DNA from: Eledone cirrhosa
Lineage: Eukaryota
Assembly (NCBI GenBank): GCA_964016885.1
Contig: OZ024742.1
Location: 60,202,001-60,266,000, forward strand
DNA length: 64,000 bases
Direction: 5' to 3'
The notes beneath the pieces are model-generated. The model was not told the origin of the DNA. It saw only the letters and a program-made list of their open reading frames with translations, and did not search any database. The stretch's first letter is position 1; the number at the start of each line of letters is the position of its first letter. Of this stretch, positions 25,983-39,804 are shown in pieces. Position numbers and translations under genes: made by a program.

Positions 25983-26320
25983 GTAGATAAATCTACCAAG
26001 AGTTTACGGTAGTGTCCAATCCGTATGAAGAACTCAATGTAGTCCGGATATCATGGAAAGAAGAGATGCAATGAAAAATCACTTTCGGTGAAAGATAAAC
26101 GGAATACAGAGTCAAGATAAAATATTAAAAAAATAATGAATAAAACAATGAAACAGTTCCTTATATTCAACAAAAAAAGTTCATTATTTAACGATCATTT
26201 CTAGGATATATATGTGTTAGAATTGGCATGCATATTCAACAGATCTATGTACAAAATTATACAAACTATCAAGATTAAATATACATACCAAACACCCATA
26301 TATGCCGTCTTCAGAATATT
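25983..26320 (-). mobile_element. Solo PLE terminal repeat (homologous to 21440-21632) embedded in (TA)n
   Basis: Shares GTTCCTTATATT and ATATATATGTGTT, plus GCC(A/G)TCTTCAGAA and the HHR layout, with the 21.5-kb copy. Confidence 0.78.
26185..26318 (-). ncRNA. Second extended-helix-II hammerhead motif (partly decayed)
   Basis: ATT-CTGAAGA-CGG...TTGGTATGTATATTTAA...TTGAATATGCATGCCAA...CTA-GAA-ATGATCGT-T-AAAT. Confidence 0.68.
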
Positions 26321-26359
26321 TTATATATATATATATATATATTTTATATATATATATAT

Positions 26360-26432
<73 letters not shown>

Positions 26433-26481
26433 ATATATATATATTTTATATATATATATATATATTTTATATATATATATA

Positions 26482-26538
<57 letters not shown>

Positions 26539-26603
26539 TTTATATATATATATATATTTTATATATATATATATATATATATTTTATATATATATATATA
26601 TTT

Positions 26604-26635
<32 letters not shown>

Positions 26636-26661
26636 ATATATATATATTTTATATATATATA

Positions 26662-26693
<32 letters not shown>

Positions 26694-26707
26694 TTTATAT
26701 ATATATA

Positions 26708-26794
<87 letters not shown>
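26321..26794. repeat. Degenerate (TA)n/TATTTT microsatellite
   Basis: Directly visible. Confidence 0.95.
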
Positions 26795-26796
<2 letters not shown>

Positions 26797-26879
26797 CAAT
26801 TAACACTGCTAAAATCGAAGTCAAATTCTGTGTCTGTGTTCACGAATGATGGAAGGCAGGAAGGAAGCTGAATAAAATG

Positions 26880-27365
26880 CAAGGACAACATGAGCTGTAT
26901 TCGATAATCCGAAGAAGAGAAGTAGGTGTAAAAAGCGAAACTTTTTGTGCCAACCCTCCTTACCTGTAGTCGTGAATCTTAGGTAAAGAATAGAATCGCA
27001 AACTACTAGCGGCCAGAATGGGGTTCCTCTGCAGCGATTTCAGCGTCGCATTACCCGATAGAGTGCGTAGCTCGGAGATCAGAGAGTCCTTCCAGGTAGA
27101 GCCACTACTACTTCCAATTGAGAAATCGCAGCCCCGATACTACGGGCAAGTGCTTAGAATGTCCCAGGGAAGATTTTACGGGAAAAGCTCACCAGCAGGA
27201 GACATCGAGCAAGGTGGTTGGATATCATCCACGTGCTCCGCTGGACTCATTTGTGGATCCAACCTCATTAATTGGAGAAGATTGCGTTTGACAGGACCCA
27301 CTGGAAGGAAGGTTTGAGAACTCCTCCCCACGATCCTCGTAGGAATAACTGGGAGAAGGAGGCTT
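26880..27365 (+). mobile_element. RTE-clade (Expander/RTE-1-like) LINE 3' fragment; related fragment at ~45440-45620
   Basis: AARMGFLC...DRVRSSEIRESFQVEPLLLPIEKSQPRYYGQVLRMSQGR, a typical RTE C-terminal region. Confidence 0.8.
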
Positions 27366-29244
27366 TTGATTTCTTTCGAGAATTATCCCGATAAATTTGC
27401 TCTAAAGCTTCAATGATTTGGCTGCTCTTCCATCATCTTCCATGAATTTAATGTTTTGATGGAGGTCTGCTGATCGAGCATGTGCTGACTTTCGACTGGT
27501 GTTGCCGCGTTGCAACTTGCATGTAAGGTTTCATGTTAAAACATGTAATGACACGTTAGTATGAGAACGTACATGTGCATTGAAATCAAAATCCTGCATA
27601 TGATGTTTATATATCTTTTTCCACGAACTTTTTGAATCGCCCTTTGTATATATGAAATAGTTATAGGTGTTATCAATTATTTTTTCCACTACCGTTTTGA
27701 TAGATCAGCTGCTATTTACTACGTGTGTATATAATTAGAACACCAGCTAAATACCGTATCTACATATTCAGCATTTAAAAACTATGATTGTAGATGATTA
27801 CTAGACAAACCATTAAATATTGTGCATAGTTAATTAATAGTGTAGCATTTAAAAACTATGCCTATTCTTAATTACTAAAGAAGACAGAAAACATTATTTA
27901 TTCGGTCTTGTTAATTATTAGATCAGTACAACCAAATAGTGCATATATAGCTAATTAATTGATCAGCACATCTAAATGTCGACTCAACATGTCGAGAAAA
28001 GTCGTGCTAATTGCTATACATACTAACTAACTAAAACGTAATTCTCTTTTCTCTTTTATTTATTTTTCTCTGTAATAATCATACATAGATCAAAGTCTCA
28101 TAGTTAAAATTACAATTAACTTACTTTCTTGTAACATTTTATTGGAAAAAGTAGTACAGACATTTTCACAACCCCTCACTTTCTGACTATAAAGATTTAA
28201 AAATAACAAAAATTGGTTAATTTAGAAAATGTTAGAAATGTAAAGATAAAATAATAAAAACTAATAATAAATAAATAAAATGATGATAAAATGAAAAGGA
28301 AAAGACAATGTTTATGTCTCGTAGCTTCATTGTGCATTCGAAAGTGATTTAGTCGCGATGAACTTAATAATCGATTTATAAAAGTTAGACTAGACGTTGA
28401 GTTTCTTTGATGAAAATCGCTCAGTAATTTCCTAGTGCACTCTTTAACCTCCATCAAGTAACAACATATTGATTAGTTAGTTCACTTGATAAGGATGACA
28501 ATATGGAAGGAAGCTGATTCTAATTAAAACAACAAGTTCATCTTTAAGATGTTCATAATAGCTGTAATAATAATGATAACAATAGCAACCTTTCAATTTT
28601 TATGATGATGATGATGATGATGATGATAACAACAATAATAATAATAACAACAACAATAATTATCTACAGGATCAATCCTGCATAAAATAACACAACTCAT
28701 ATTAGATGCACCAAACATAACATAACTAGCACTAGAGAATTCACGTTAAAACACTAAACACCTTCAATACAGCCTCAACCTCAAGAAATAAAAAAACATA
28801 ATGCACCTGGTGATGGGTTTGAAACTTACATGAATTTTCCGAAACAACATTCACAACAGCGATAACAACGGAAACAATAATAATACAATTTTAAGGGAAG
28901 GAGAAAGTCAATTAAATCGAGTCTAGTGCGTTATTAGTACTTTAATTTCTCGTCCCTCAAATGCTGAAAGGCACGGTCACTCTCGCTATGATTTGAATGT
29001 AAAAGGACAAAACTAAATGGCCAGACTTTCTAGAAATTGCAACATCTCTCTCAAATAACACTCTCATTTCATAATGAAAATGATGATGGAGATTGGGAGA
29101 AAATTATGCCCGAAAGACTGAAGTAGATCGGCAAGCAACATTTTGAATTGATGATAGATTATAGATTATGCTCGACCAGAACTGCGCTGTTACTATAATG
29201 CAACTTCAACAACAGTAAGCACAACCGCAACAATAGCAATAACT

Positions 29245-29930
29245 GCTTCTACTTTCTGGCACAAGTCCAGTAATTTGAAGGGAACTAGAAATTCGATGAA
29301 ATTGACCTAATACATTATTAATTCTGTGTTTTATCGAATCCGTAAGCTTTAAAGTTAAAGTTAACTTCGACTGGATTTGAACTGAGAATGTAACGTGATG
29401 TAACTATACGCTGCAAAACATGATGTTTCGATGCTCTACTGACACCTCCAATCTACCACCCTAACAAGAGTAATGACACCAACGTGAACACCAACAACAA
29501 GACCATGTAAACGGTTGGTTTTTCCTGTCGGTGTCAAATCAATTTAATTGCAATTACAAAGAAACCCGTGACAGTGCACGTCGGGTAAGTAAATGTTTCC
29601 ACCTGGCAAGAATTTGAAACGAAGGGGAAAGTCGATTAATTTGAACCAGTGAGTTACTGGTACATTATTTCATCGATCCCGTAGCGACGAATGGCAAAGC
29701 TAACCTCGGAAGTATTTGAACTTAGAATGTGAAGGGATGTAACTATATGCCTCAAAGGCTGTTGCCCGAAGCTCTATCCATATTGCCAATCCACCGCCTT
29801 AACAAGGATAATAACAAGACCATTAACATCAGCAACAAGACCCGGTAAACGGCTGGCTTTGTCAGTTGGTGTCAAATTAATTTTATTGCAAAGACAAAGA
29901 AACTCGTGATAATGCACGCCAGGTAAATAA
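29245..29930 (-). mobile_element. Two diverged SINE copies, each followed by the same ~130-bp flank (old ~340-bp tandem duplication)
   Basis: SINEs at ~29250-29461 and ~29600-29800; flanks 29495-29592 and 29832-29929 are homologous. Confidence 0.7.
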
Positions 29931-30650
29931 TATCAACTGCCACAGCAATAACAACCAATTCTGTTATCGACATAAAACAGTAACAGCTGCCAGTACCAAT
30001 AGTATTATTGACAGAGATGGCAGGGTTGGTGGTGGTGGTATAAAAGAACATTGAATAAAACAAATATAATTTTAATGCAATAGCTGTAAAACCATCACTG
30101 TCACCACCACGAGGCCTCAACACCATCGTCACACCCATCAACATCGCCATCATTGATACACTATCAACATCACCAACATCACCATCAACACTAATACCAT
30201 TGTCCACATCATCATCAACATCATCACTATCAATACCATTGACACCATCAGCACTATCAGTACCATCATCACTATCAACATCACCATCATAAGCATAGTC
30301 ATACCACAACATTGAAGTCAATTGCAGCTGCATTGTAAACAAACAACATCAGCAGTAGCAACATTACTATCATCATCATTAATATCAAGAGAAGCAAAAA
30401 CAGCAACAGCATCAATATTAACACCACAACAATCATCACTATAAACACTATCACCACAAGTCTCATTATAAAACGTCACTGCTACGACCGCTTTTACGTC
30501 CTCCCCCATCACCAACAACGACAACGACAACAACAGCAGCATCGTCACCATTAGCTGTAGGACAACCAACATGGCCACAATCCCAATAAACAGCATTACG
30601 AGCACCACTATCATGATTACAACCAATATTATCATCATAATCAGCACCAT
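29930..30650. repeat. Degenerate (ACC/ATC/AAC)n trinucleotide low-complexity region
   Basis: Directly visible. Confidence 0.85.
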
Positions 30651-31649
30651 TTAATGACAGAGTGTTAATTGAGGCCATTTGGTGGATATTTCCCGTACGT
30701 TAAGTGATCACATACAGGCTACTTTTTTGGCTTGTGTGCTTTATAATGTTTCAAGAAAACAGATGCTTCCGGTGCAACAGCTGTACAGATATATGTAGAT
30801 ATATAAATTGCATTTAGGACATATGTTGTAAGAGAGAGAAAATTGGGCTGAAAGAAAGTGAAGGAAGGGAGAAAGAAAGAAATGTGCAAGGGGACAACAA
30901 TAAACCAGGAGAGAGGGAGGGAGCCAGGCAGTTGAGGGATGGTAAACAGGGTGTTGAGAGTGAACGAGAGAAAAAGTGAGTATAGAAGAATACCTGCATC
31001 GATATATATATCAACTATATGGAGGACATATATAGAGAAGCAGAGACAAAAACAGAGCTAAATCTACAACAGTATATGCAATTATATAGATAAACCAACC
31101 ATATGTGAAGAGAGAGAGAGAGGGAAGAGAGGGAGAGAGCGAAGAGAGAAGAGAAGGTGCGAGGGAGACGAGAGTGTGAGAGAGATAATGAATGTTGAGG
31201 TCGATAAAATGTAGTACTACTAATGCACTGGGTAATTGCTGGCCTTATGCCAAAAGTAGAAACAATTATATTAGGCTACTATTCTACCAACATTTAAAGT
31301 GAATTTAGAGATATTTAGTGTGAATCAGTTCAGCAATATGCCTAATAATTCAACGAATTGGCAGATTCATTAAATTCTCAGACAATATGTCTTGCAATGT
31401 ACTTTACATCTCTTTACTTTCAGATTCCAAATCCCAGTTGGGTGATATTTGCCTTTCGTATTTGTCTTTCACAAAACAATGTACATGTCGAGTGCGGTGA
31501 ATTGATCGAACTATTATGAAGTTCTATTTGTCGTGTTTGATGTCATCTTATTCTTCTTTTCGTATCTTCGAAGCATGTGGTTATATGACAGTTTCCTATT
31601 TCTTTAAACAGTCCTTTGCATTATTATTAAATTCTGCTAGATCTTTTAA

Positions 31650-31905
31650 GCTGCACTGGTTGGGTAGTAGAGGGCAAACAAGGCAGTAGTAGAGGGCAAA
31701 CGCCCCATGCCTGTTCTCAGGGGGTTGAGTGTCTTCCACTGGACCCATGGTGCTTCTGAGCTAGGAGGGAGGGCTTCAGAAGGGGGGATTCCCATGTCAA
31801 TAGGAGGGGAGTCATTCTCTAGCTTTCTAGTCCATAGCTGTAGTCTGGTTTCTAAATGTATAGACTTATTTTTGGAAAACTCTAGAGTGAAAACTGGAAG
31901 TGGTT
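31650..31905 (-). mobile_element. LINE C-terminal fragment, Vingi/Ingi-like
   Basis: ETRLQLWTRKL...MGIPPSEALPPSSEAPWVQWKTLNPLRTGMGR resembles the W..LNRLRTG.GR motif before the zinc knuckle; the clade call is tentative. Confidence 0.6.
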
Positions 31906-32039
31906 TGCCTGTTATATAAATGAGATCACGAGCACTTGTTGAGGTACTCCTGTCGACTCGAAAGTAAAGCGTAAAAATGTCACTTGGAGATTGAAAACGT
32001 GAGACACAGCGTGTAGCATAACACACCCCCATACATTTA

Positions 32040-32270
32040 ATCTAGCCCTTTGGTTATCATATTTCCAATAGAAAAAAACAATATTTGTACGGGTTTATTA
32101 TTATAAATAAGTGTTTCAATATTAAACTGGTTTTTCAAACCTAATTTAACAAAGGTGCTTACATAAAATTTTGACGAAAATTGTTCGATACATATAAACC
32201 CTTAATTGTAAACAACTGTGCATAATAGTACCATGGGTGGTTTAAGGCAGTTTGATATCAAAAGGTTTAA
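32040..32270. mobile_element. Diverged MITE-like element with CCCTTT...AAAGG(G)TTAA ends (piggyBac-like); second copy at ~34282-34527
   Basis: Left ends TAGCCCTTTGGTTATCATAT and TTAACGCTTCCGTTACCGTAT; right ends GGCAGTTTGATATCAAAAGGTTTAA and GGCAATTTGATATCAAAATTGCTAA. Confidence 0.5.
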
Positions 32271-34791
32271 TCCATCACCCGCTTTAAAGCCTCCAAATTT
32301 TACAAGGGTGCCTTTAACGGGACCAAATCCTTTGCAATTTCTTCGTTTTCTGACTGATTGTTTCCTCTTTTAATTCCCACTTTAGCAAAATTCCCACTTT
32401 TAGCAGTATTTCCGTATTATAAACTATTTACAATCAAAATAGCCTGCTGGGCTATTTAGGCTTTAAATATCTTCATTACGAACATTGTATAGAAGCGAAG
32501 GCGAGATAGTGTTCGTGGATCATTTGCCAATAAGTACAGCAGGAAAATACCTAGCATAACGTATGTTAAAACCATTAATTAATTATTTCTAAAGAATATA
32601 TATATTTAGCCATTCTCTAAAATATTTTTGAGTATATAACACCATGTTGAACTTGAGCCAACCGAGGAGGATAAACATGGTCGACCAACCTCCTAGAAAT
32701 AGCAGCCAATTCTCGTACCATGTCGTTATGTAAAGGATACTTTGGATAATATTTTCTGTGTTACTTGCCTATAGAAAACAGGGAGTGATTATGGATGGAA
32801 TGTATATAATCATATGTCTGCTAGGTGATGGATAACCAGGCGTTAGAAAATAAAAAAAAAAGTTATGTTACTCAACCATCAAGAAATGACAAAACAATTA
32901 CAACTCTTTCAATCGTACTTGTATGACGACTGAGTTGATTTGAGACCGTATGTGCTTAAACTGAACTAATAACGCAAAAAACACTATTCATTCACTTTCT
33001 CTTTATTTTATGATGTGATCGAATATACTTGTCTGATCGAACGAGAAACATTGATCCCTGCTGAAAGTAGCAGTCAAATCGTCTTAAAACAACACCAGAT
33101 ATATTTTCGTTAAGAGACATAAAGGATAATTTGGTCCTAAATACATTGTCTTAATTAAATACAGGATAATTAAGGCTGGATTGTGTTTCACTGTGTGATT
33201 GCCTGGTTTGGGTTGAAATGGGGTTAAACAACTGCTTAGAATCGTCATACAGCGCCTGTATAACAGCAAATCCAATGACTATCAGAGCAGCAGTACAATA
33301 AAAAAAAATCGGTTGCGATCACAGCAACAACATAAAAAACAATAATAATAACAACAATAGTAACAGAAGAAATAGTATTTTGGATATACGCCAGTGCAAA
33401 ACCTAATATCCATCACAGAACCGTTGCTATATGTATAACTTCAAAACCTGACCTGGTTGAAATTTTTCGTCTTTTTTCTCTTCTTATTTCTACACATATT
33501 TTGTCTTTTTTGTTTTATTAAATTATCGTTTATAAGTGTTTTCTTTTTAAAATACTTTTGGTATTTATTTATTCGTTTATACCCATTTTCCAATAGTTAG
33601 TTGGGTTGTTTGTTGATTTTGGTGGTTGTTCTTGCTTTTGTTATGGAATGTCTATCGTTTTAACAAAAGACAGACATTCAGAGATAAAACAAAGAATTTT
33701 TTTTTCCACACCACTTCTTTACCACGTCTATTTGTTGATAGGATTCACAATCAAGGCTGCTGGAATTTGTTGCTCACATATTCAAATCAAATCTACTTGG
33801 TTGCGGAACGATAACACAGTTAGCACCACAAAAGTTACAAGTTGGACAATAACAAACACAACAACCAAATATTGAGGCTTAATCTACACAAATATATATG
33901 CGGATGTACCCCATCCTCCCCAAATATTGGAGAAAATAATTATTATATGTTTATCTATCTGCAACTAAATGGATTATGTTCTTGTATTTGCTCCGCCGAC
34001 CACTATCTGTGCATAACTATGTTTGGTTGAGTTTGCGATAGAACTGGTTTGTTTATGTCTGTGTTAATTCTGTGCTGCAATACATAAAAGCCTGCCGTAT
34101 TTTCTTTGTAGCATCTGGTTACGCCACCGATTAATGAAAGTAGCTAAATTAAATTTTCTGAGAGTAGAATAGACTGGTCGGTGACTATATCTTCTGTCCT
34201 GATTGTCAACGAACTTAGATGTAGCACGAAAACAGTGCTTCGTAATGTTGTCCATTACAAAGGGACTTTATAAAAAATGTATTTAACGCTTCCGTTACCG
34301 TATCTCTAATGAAAGATCATATCTAGGGTTTTCAAATAATTTCGAAAATAACCAGAACTTAGAACAGATTTTCTCATTATAAAGCTGATGTTTGGAACAT
34401 AAATTAGATACATACAAATAGTTATGATGGAAGATATTTCGATAAATATATATATAAATTAAAATAAACATATTTATATCTTAGAACCAGGGTTAGTGTC
34501 AGGCAATTTGATATCAAAATTGCTAAATGACATTTCCATTGATCCTAAATTAAATTTACATATCGCCCCAGGAATGTTTTACAGTCAAAATAAAATCAAG
34601 TTAACGAGGTTTGTATATTTAGAGAAGGCTGGCCATACAAGAGTGTGTTTATTATGTTTTTAACAAAGTACAAGAAATATTGAACTTAGCTAAAGAACAC
34701 CAATACTCTATTTGTGTGAACCCAAGTATTACAGTTATAATGCTTTTCACCGCTTCAAGTTCGACAAATAAAACACCACTTCAATACTTAG

Positions 34792-34893
<102 letters not shown>

Positions 34894-35070
34894 TCTTTTT
34901 TTTCTTTCTTTATCTCTCTTTGCTATCGCTTCTTTACCTCAAGGCTTTTTGATAGATAAAAGGCTGAGAGGGGCGCTACGGATAGATGTATTCTCTATAG
35001 TGCGCCGAAGCATCTGTGACTCGTAGTAGACCACTGACGAAGGGAAACTGTCCATCTCTTGTTTGTGTCG

Positions 35071-35130
<60 letters not shown>

Positions 35131-35185
35131 CTGAAATTAAATGTTAGATAAAACAATACCAAATTATTGAACAAATATATTTAAT

Positions 35186-35310
35186 CGTTGATAATTGTTT
35201 CGGGAACCATATCAGTTTCTGCACATACAGATGATATTTATCGATTATAAGATCGATAATATTAAGTGATAATAAAAAGAAAAGTTTCATATAGTCTCCT
35301 CATCGGAGCC
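35186..35310 (-). ncRNA. Decayed extended-helix-II hammerhead motif
   Basis: CCGATGA (CUGAUGA with one change)-GGAGACTATAT...ATATGGTTCCC-GAA-ACAATTAT-C. Helix I is poor. Confidence 0.5.
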
Positions 35311-35427
35311 CAAAAAAATAAATAAACAGAAAAAATTCAAAAGTACATGTCATTGAAAATAGGGACTACAATAAAGGTAAAACTTGAAGAACACATGTCC
35401 ACATATTAGAGACGTAAGAAAGATAAT

Positions 35428-35610
35428 ATTTCTACTTTAGGCACAAGGCCAGCAATTACGCAGTGCGTTACTGGTACTTTATTTTATCGAGCCCGAAAGG
35501 ATGAAAGGCAAAGTCAACCTCGGCGGGATTTGAACTCAGATCGTAAAGAGTCGTAACTATGCTGGAAAGCATGGCGTCCGACCCTCTACCGATACTGCCA
35601 ATCCACCGCC
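35428..35610 (-). mobile_element. tRNA-derived SINE, full length
   Basis: A and B boxes plus core. The flanks share GTAAGAAAGAT(A/G)ATA (35414-35428 and 35611-35625), a candidate TSD. Confidence 0.9.
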
Positions 35611-35789
35611 GTAAGAAAGATGATAATACATTATAAATCCTCACAGTTTAACCGCTTTAAAAACATAGAGAAAATATGAAACCGGAAGTAGGTATAACAC
35701 GGGGCAAAACTATATATAAGTAGAAATATGTAATAGATAATTAAAGATTTTTTTTTAATATTTAAAAGAAGTAAAAGTTAATAATAATT

Positions 35790-35906
35790 GTTTCTACTTT
35801 TTGGCACAAAGCCAGCAATTTCCCTATGCATTACTGGTACTTTATTTTATCGACCCCGTAAGGATGAAAGGCAAAGTAAACGTCGGCGGGATATTTGAAC
35901 TCAGAA
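35790..35906 (-). mobile_element. 5'-truncated SINE copy
   Basis: Core and tail match the family. Confidence 0.85.
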
Positions 35907-38900
35907 TGGCAAGGACCGTTCACAAGGGGTGTTAATAATAATAAAAAATTATAGATAAATTCAGTTTCATCATTTAAAAGAAGGGCTATATAAAGTATAT
36001 AGTCAGAGAGTGTAAAAAGGGCAGGAAATGGGCCAAAGTAGTAAAGTTAACGCTAAAAATGAAATAATATGGGGGGATACTACAGGAAGTATACTATAAA
36101 AAAAAATTGTGAGTTAAATCGCGTATAAATAGGTGAAATGATTTGCGCTATGGCCGAAAGGGATCAGGCAATTTAGATACTAATTATACCAGTAAAAAGA
36201 TATATAGAGAAATAAAACAATATGGAAAGAGATTGAAATTAAAATGATAACAAAAGGAGAGGTTTATATAGAACATGCTGAAAGAGTATTAAATTAGACA
36301 GAAAATAGGGAAGAAGGGCATGGATAAAGGAGGTTAAAGCTAAAGAAAAAATATAGAGGGAACTAATAGGAAATACATTGCTATCAAATAATTATACATG
36401 AGTGTGTTATATCAAATGGGAAAATAAACGATAGTTAAAAAAGGACATAGTGGAATCACCCATTAACTAAGAAAAAAAAGAGTATAGAGGATCAGGTTTA
36501 TAAATTAAAATAATATAATAAGTGGGAGTAAAGAAAAAATAGTATTAATATAACATGGGTAAAAATAAAATGTTATTCTTAAATGAATGACTATGAGAAT
36601 TAAAACGAGTCTTGAAGGGGGAAGCAGTAGCTCCAATGTAGTGTCATTATGGGTTTTAACAGTGGATCTATTTACTATATTATTAGTAAGACATTGACCA
36701 TTCGGTAGAAATTGTAGGTAAAGGGATAGAGCTAATAGGCATATCATTTGACGGTGAGGTAATAGGAGAGTTGAAAGAATACCTATTAGTATTAGAATTA
36801 TTCGTATATAAATGGTTAAATGTTAGAGGGAAATTAAACGAAAGGGAGGCACTCTGTGTTTTTTTAGTTTCTTATGGTTACTAATAGCTATATGATCGGC
36901 CAAGTTAGGGGTAGTAGAGAAAGAAATCTTAACGTTATATTTGTTAAATAATTTAGAGTACTTATGTCTAACTGACATTATTCGCTTGTCTTGGATCTAA
37001 TACGTATTGAGCACACTGTTCCCCTGGCATATAATTCTCATAAATAATTACTTATCTCTCCTCTTCGATTAGTTTGTATGCATAATTTTGATATATATAT
37101 ATATATATATACATGTGTATGTGTGGATCTGTGTGGGTGTGGGTGTGTATGATTATATATGTATTTTTATATATGTATATATATACATTCATATATACAC
37201 ACACACACACACACACCCACATATATAGTGTGTGAGCTGGTTCTTCCCATATAGTTAATGAATGCTTCTAACATACGTTATATTAAGTATTATACTACTG
37301 TAATGAATGCCAAATCTTCATTTTCGGACCACGTATAATCCACATCTGGATATTGACTTACGTCATACCAGCAGTCTAACCCAGGAAGCGTTCATGATTC
37401 TTACTACAGGAAAACTGAACGAATTACTTAAGCTGCTAGACATATACTTTCACTCCAGGGGATACACAATCAAATATAATTTTAGTGAAAAACTAAAGAT
37501 ATATTTTTCATATAGTGTGTATAGTGTTCATAGCGTCAGTGATTTATCAATGTGACGTCTAGTACAAAAGGTAAGGTTTGTGAAAATAAACTATCAAAAT
37601 GAAAAATACAGTTATGTCTAATGTGAAAAATGGCGTCGGTTTAAATACCTCGTAGTATTTGTTCCGACACTGTGATCCGGGATTATATCCAACATAGATC
37701 AGCTTTACTTTTTATAATAATGTGGACGATAAATAAAACAAAAGTCAAGCGAGGTGACTGAGCGGAACGTTAGAGTGTCGTTCGGTTGCATTTTCTATAT
37801 CTCTTTGTATGCTGTGCGTTCTAAATTCGTCTGTGGTTCTAATATAAGCAACATGTATCTCTCCTTGCCATCCCCTTAGTCAATAAGGGTGAGACACATG
37901 TAATTAATCACAAATGTACCTGGGTATACGCACAAATCTCTCGGCATTGTGATTGGAACAGAAACCACGTAGTTGTAAAGCGAACTTCTTAAATACATCT
38001 AAACCGTGCGAGTTTTCCACCTTTTGTTTGACGTGGATTTCGCGCAGGTTGATCCCATCCAGTGGCATCTGCTTTATCCTATCTCAATACCTAAAATATT
38101 ATCTGTTATAAAAGAATGCCTCAATGTTGTCAAATGTTATAATAGCATTAATATTTTCCAATTCAATGATTATTCAAATCTCTACGTATTTATATTTCTT
38201 AGATTTTGTTATATTTCTTAGAAATTCTGGTATAACTGTTCAGATGTTAAGAAGAAAAAAAACACTTTCAGATCTTAGCCGTATCTAATTCAACCGCAGT
38301 TTTTGTAGCTATTTAAAGAATGAATAATTGTGAAGCACGCACACTTGAGTCGCTGTTGTTCTATAGCCTCAGGCCATCCCTGGTCGAACTGACCTTTGAT
38401 GAAAGGAATCGCCAACATACCATTCCGATTTTCAATCATGCAACATAGATTAAGACCATTACAAACAACTGCCACACTATTCACAAATCTCAAACAGATT
38501 AGCTCACCTATTCAAAACAACGATAAAACGAGATAAGGCGGAAACTAATAAGTGGCAGCTTCACCTGCTTGTTGAACACCAGTAGCGTGAGATTTATGAG
38601 AAATGTGACTACTATTTCTTGTACGTCCAGCTACTATATAAAAAATTTCTTCATAGTCTGTTGATGTTGTTTAGCCACGGCTCATTACTCATAAGGAGAT
38701 GATGAAACATCATGTTAACACGTCAGTAAGAAAAATATTAAAACAATAAGGCTGAATATGAGAATGAAACATTGCTATATTTTTTTAAAAATATATTTTC
38801 TGCTTCATTAAATTAGCCTCTGTGCTTGAATGATCGACAAAATAAAGTACGAGTCAAGTACTTCGGTTGATTTAATCAAATTCGGCCTGTCCCTTAATAT

Positions 38901-39804
38901 GCTGACCTTGTACCTAAATTAGAAATCAATATTTTACTGCGTTACTCCAAAAGCGAAACGCAGTACCACACAACCATTTGCAGGGCCTCTGACGCGCTGA
39001 ATGCACAAAAGGTCTTCCTCGTGGCCTCGGTGGGATTAAAGCTTAGAGCGCAGAGGACAGCAACAAATACTGAAAGGCATTGTTCCCTACAGTCAGTTCT
39101 CTGCTAAAAATGTCCAAACTATCAAAGAAAATTGCGTACAGGGTGTAAAAACTTGAATCACATAATTTCAGAGAAAAAGATTATATAACTTCGTTTAAGA
39201 GATTTCAAGTTTTCTGATATACTAAATCTGCCTTTAAATTCATTGCTTTTCGAAGACAATGTTACATAGGGGATGTGAGAAACACCTGTACAAAGTAGAT
39301 GTAAATTTATTTGAACACAAAAGAAAACAAACCCCACGAAAAAGAATTATTCAAAAATCTATTTACCACAAAGTCTGACCTAACAAACTCTACGCAACTA
39401 ATGAGGAGAGTGGTTTCACAAATAATAACCCGCAAGCAAAGTAACGAATAAATGATAAGGTGAACAAACAACTAATAAGACTTTTTATGTTTACCAACAA
39501 ACTATAGGTGGTATTATCAAGCTGCAAAGGCACAGACAGAAGTTTATACTACTCTAATAGGAACAACACAACTGTTCTGAGATTGTTTACTAATCAACTA
39601 ATCATATACAATGTCATTTCAACACGACCAACGAAAATCTCGATTCGGGATTAATGGATAATATTTTATAGAAATGAATGTGATTCTCGACATATTTGAA
39701 AGATATAACAACATTGCAAGATGTTTAAAGACAAATGCTGTTATCTCCACCCATTGCCATTCCATCGGCCTTTCCTTGATAATGTCGTTCTTTTAGAATA
39801 TCAC

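Larger units (their letters stand above)
35130..36985 (-). mobile_element. Penelope-like element fragment (post-RT linker, start of GIY-YIG, 3' UTR with two nested SINEs, terminal hammerhead)
   Basis: RHKYSKLFNKYNVKISFSTTPNLADHI (36890-36970) and LPNGQCLTNNIVNRSTV (36660-36710), both typical of PLEs. Confidence 0.78.

Noticed and set aside
29872-30678. Asp/Val-rich ORFs
   Set aside because: They arise from degenerate trinucleotide repeats and show no domain signal.
35030-35055. CTGACGAAGGGAAACTGTC ultra-short hammerhead
   Set aside because: There is no helix II and no convincing helix I.
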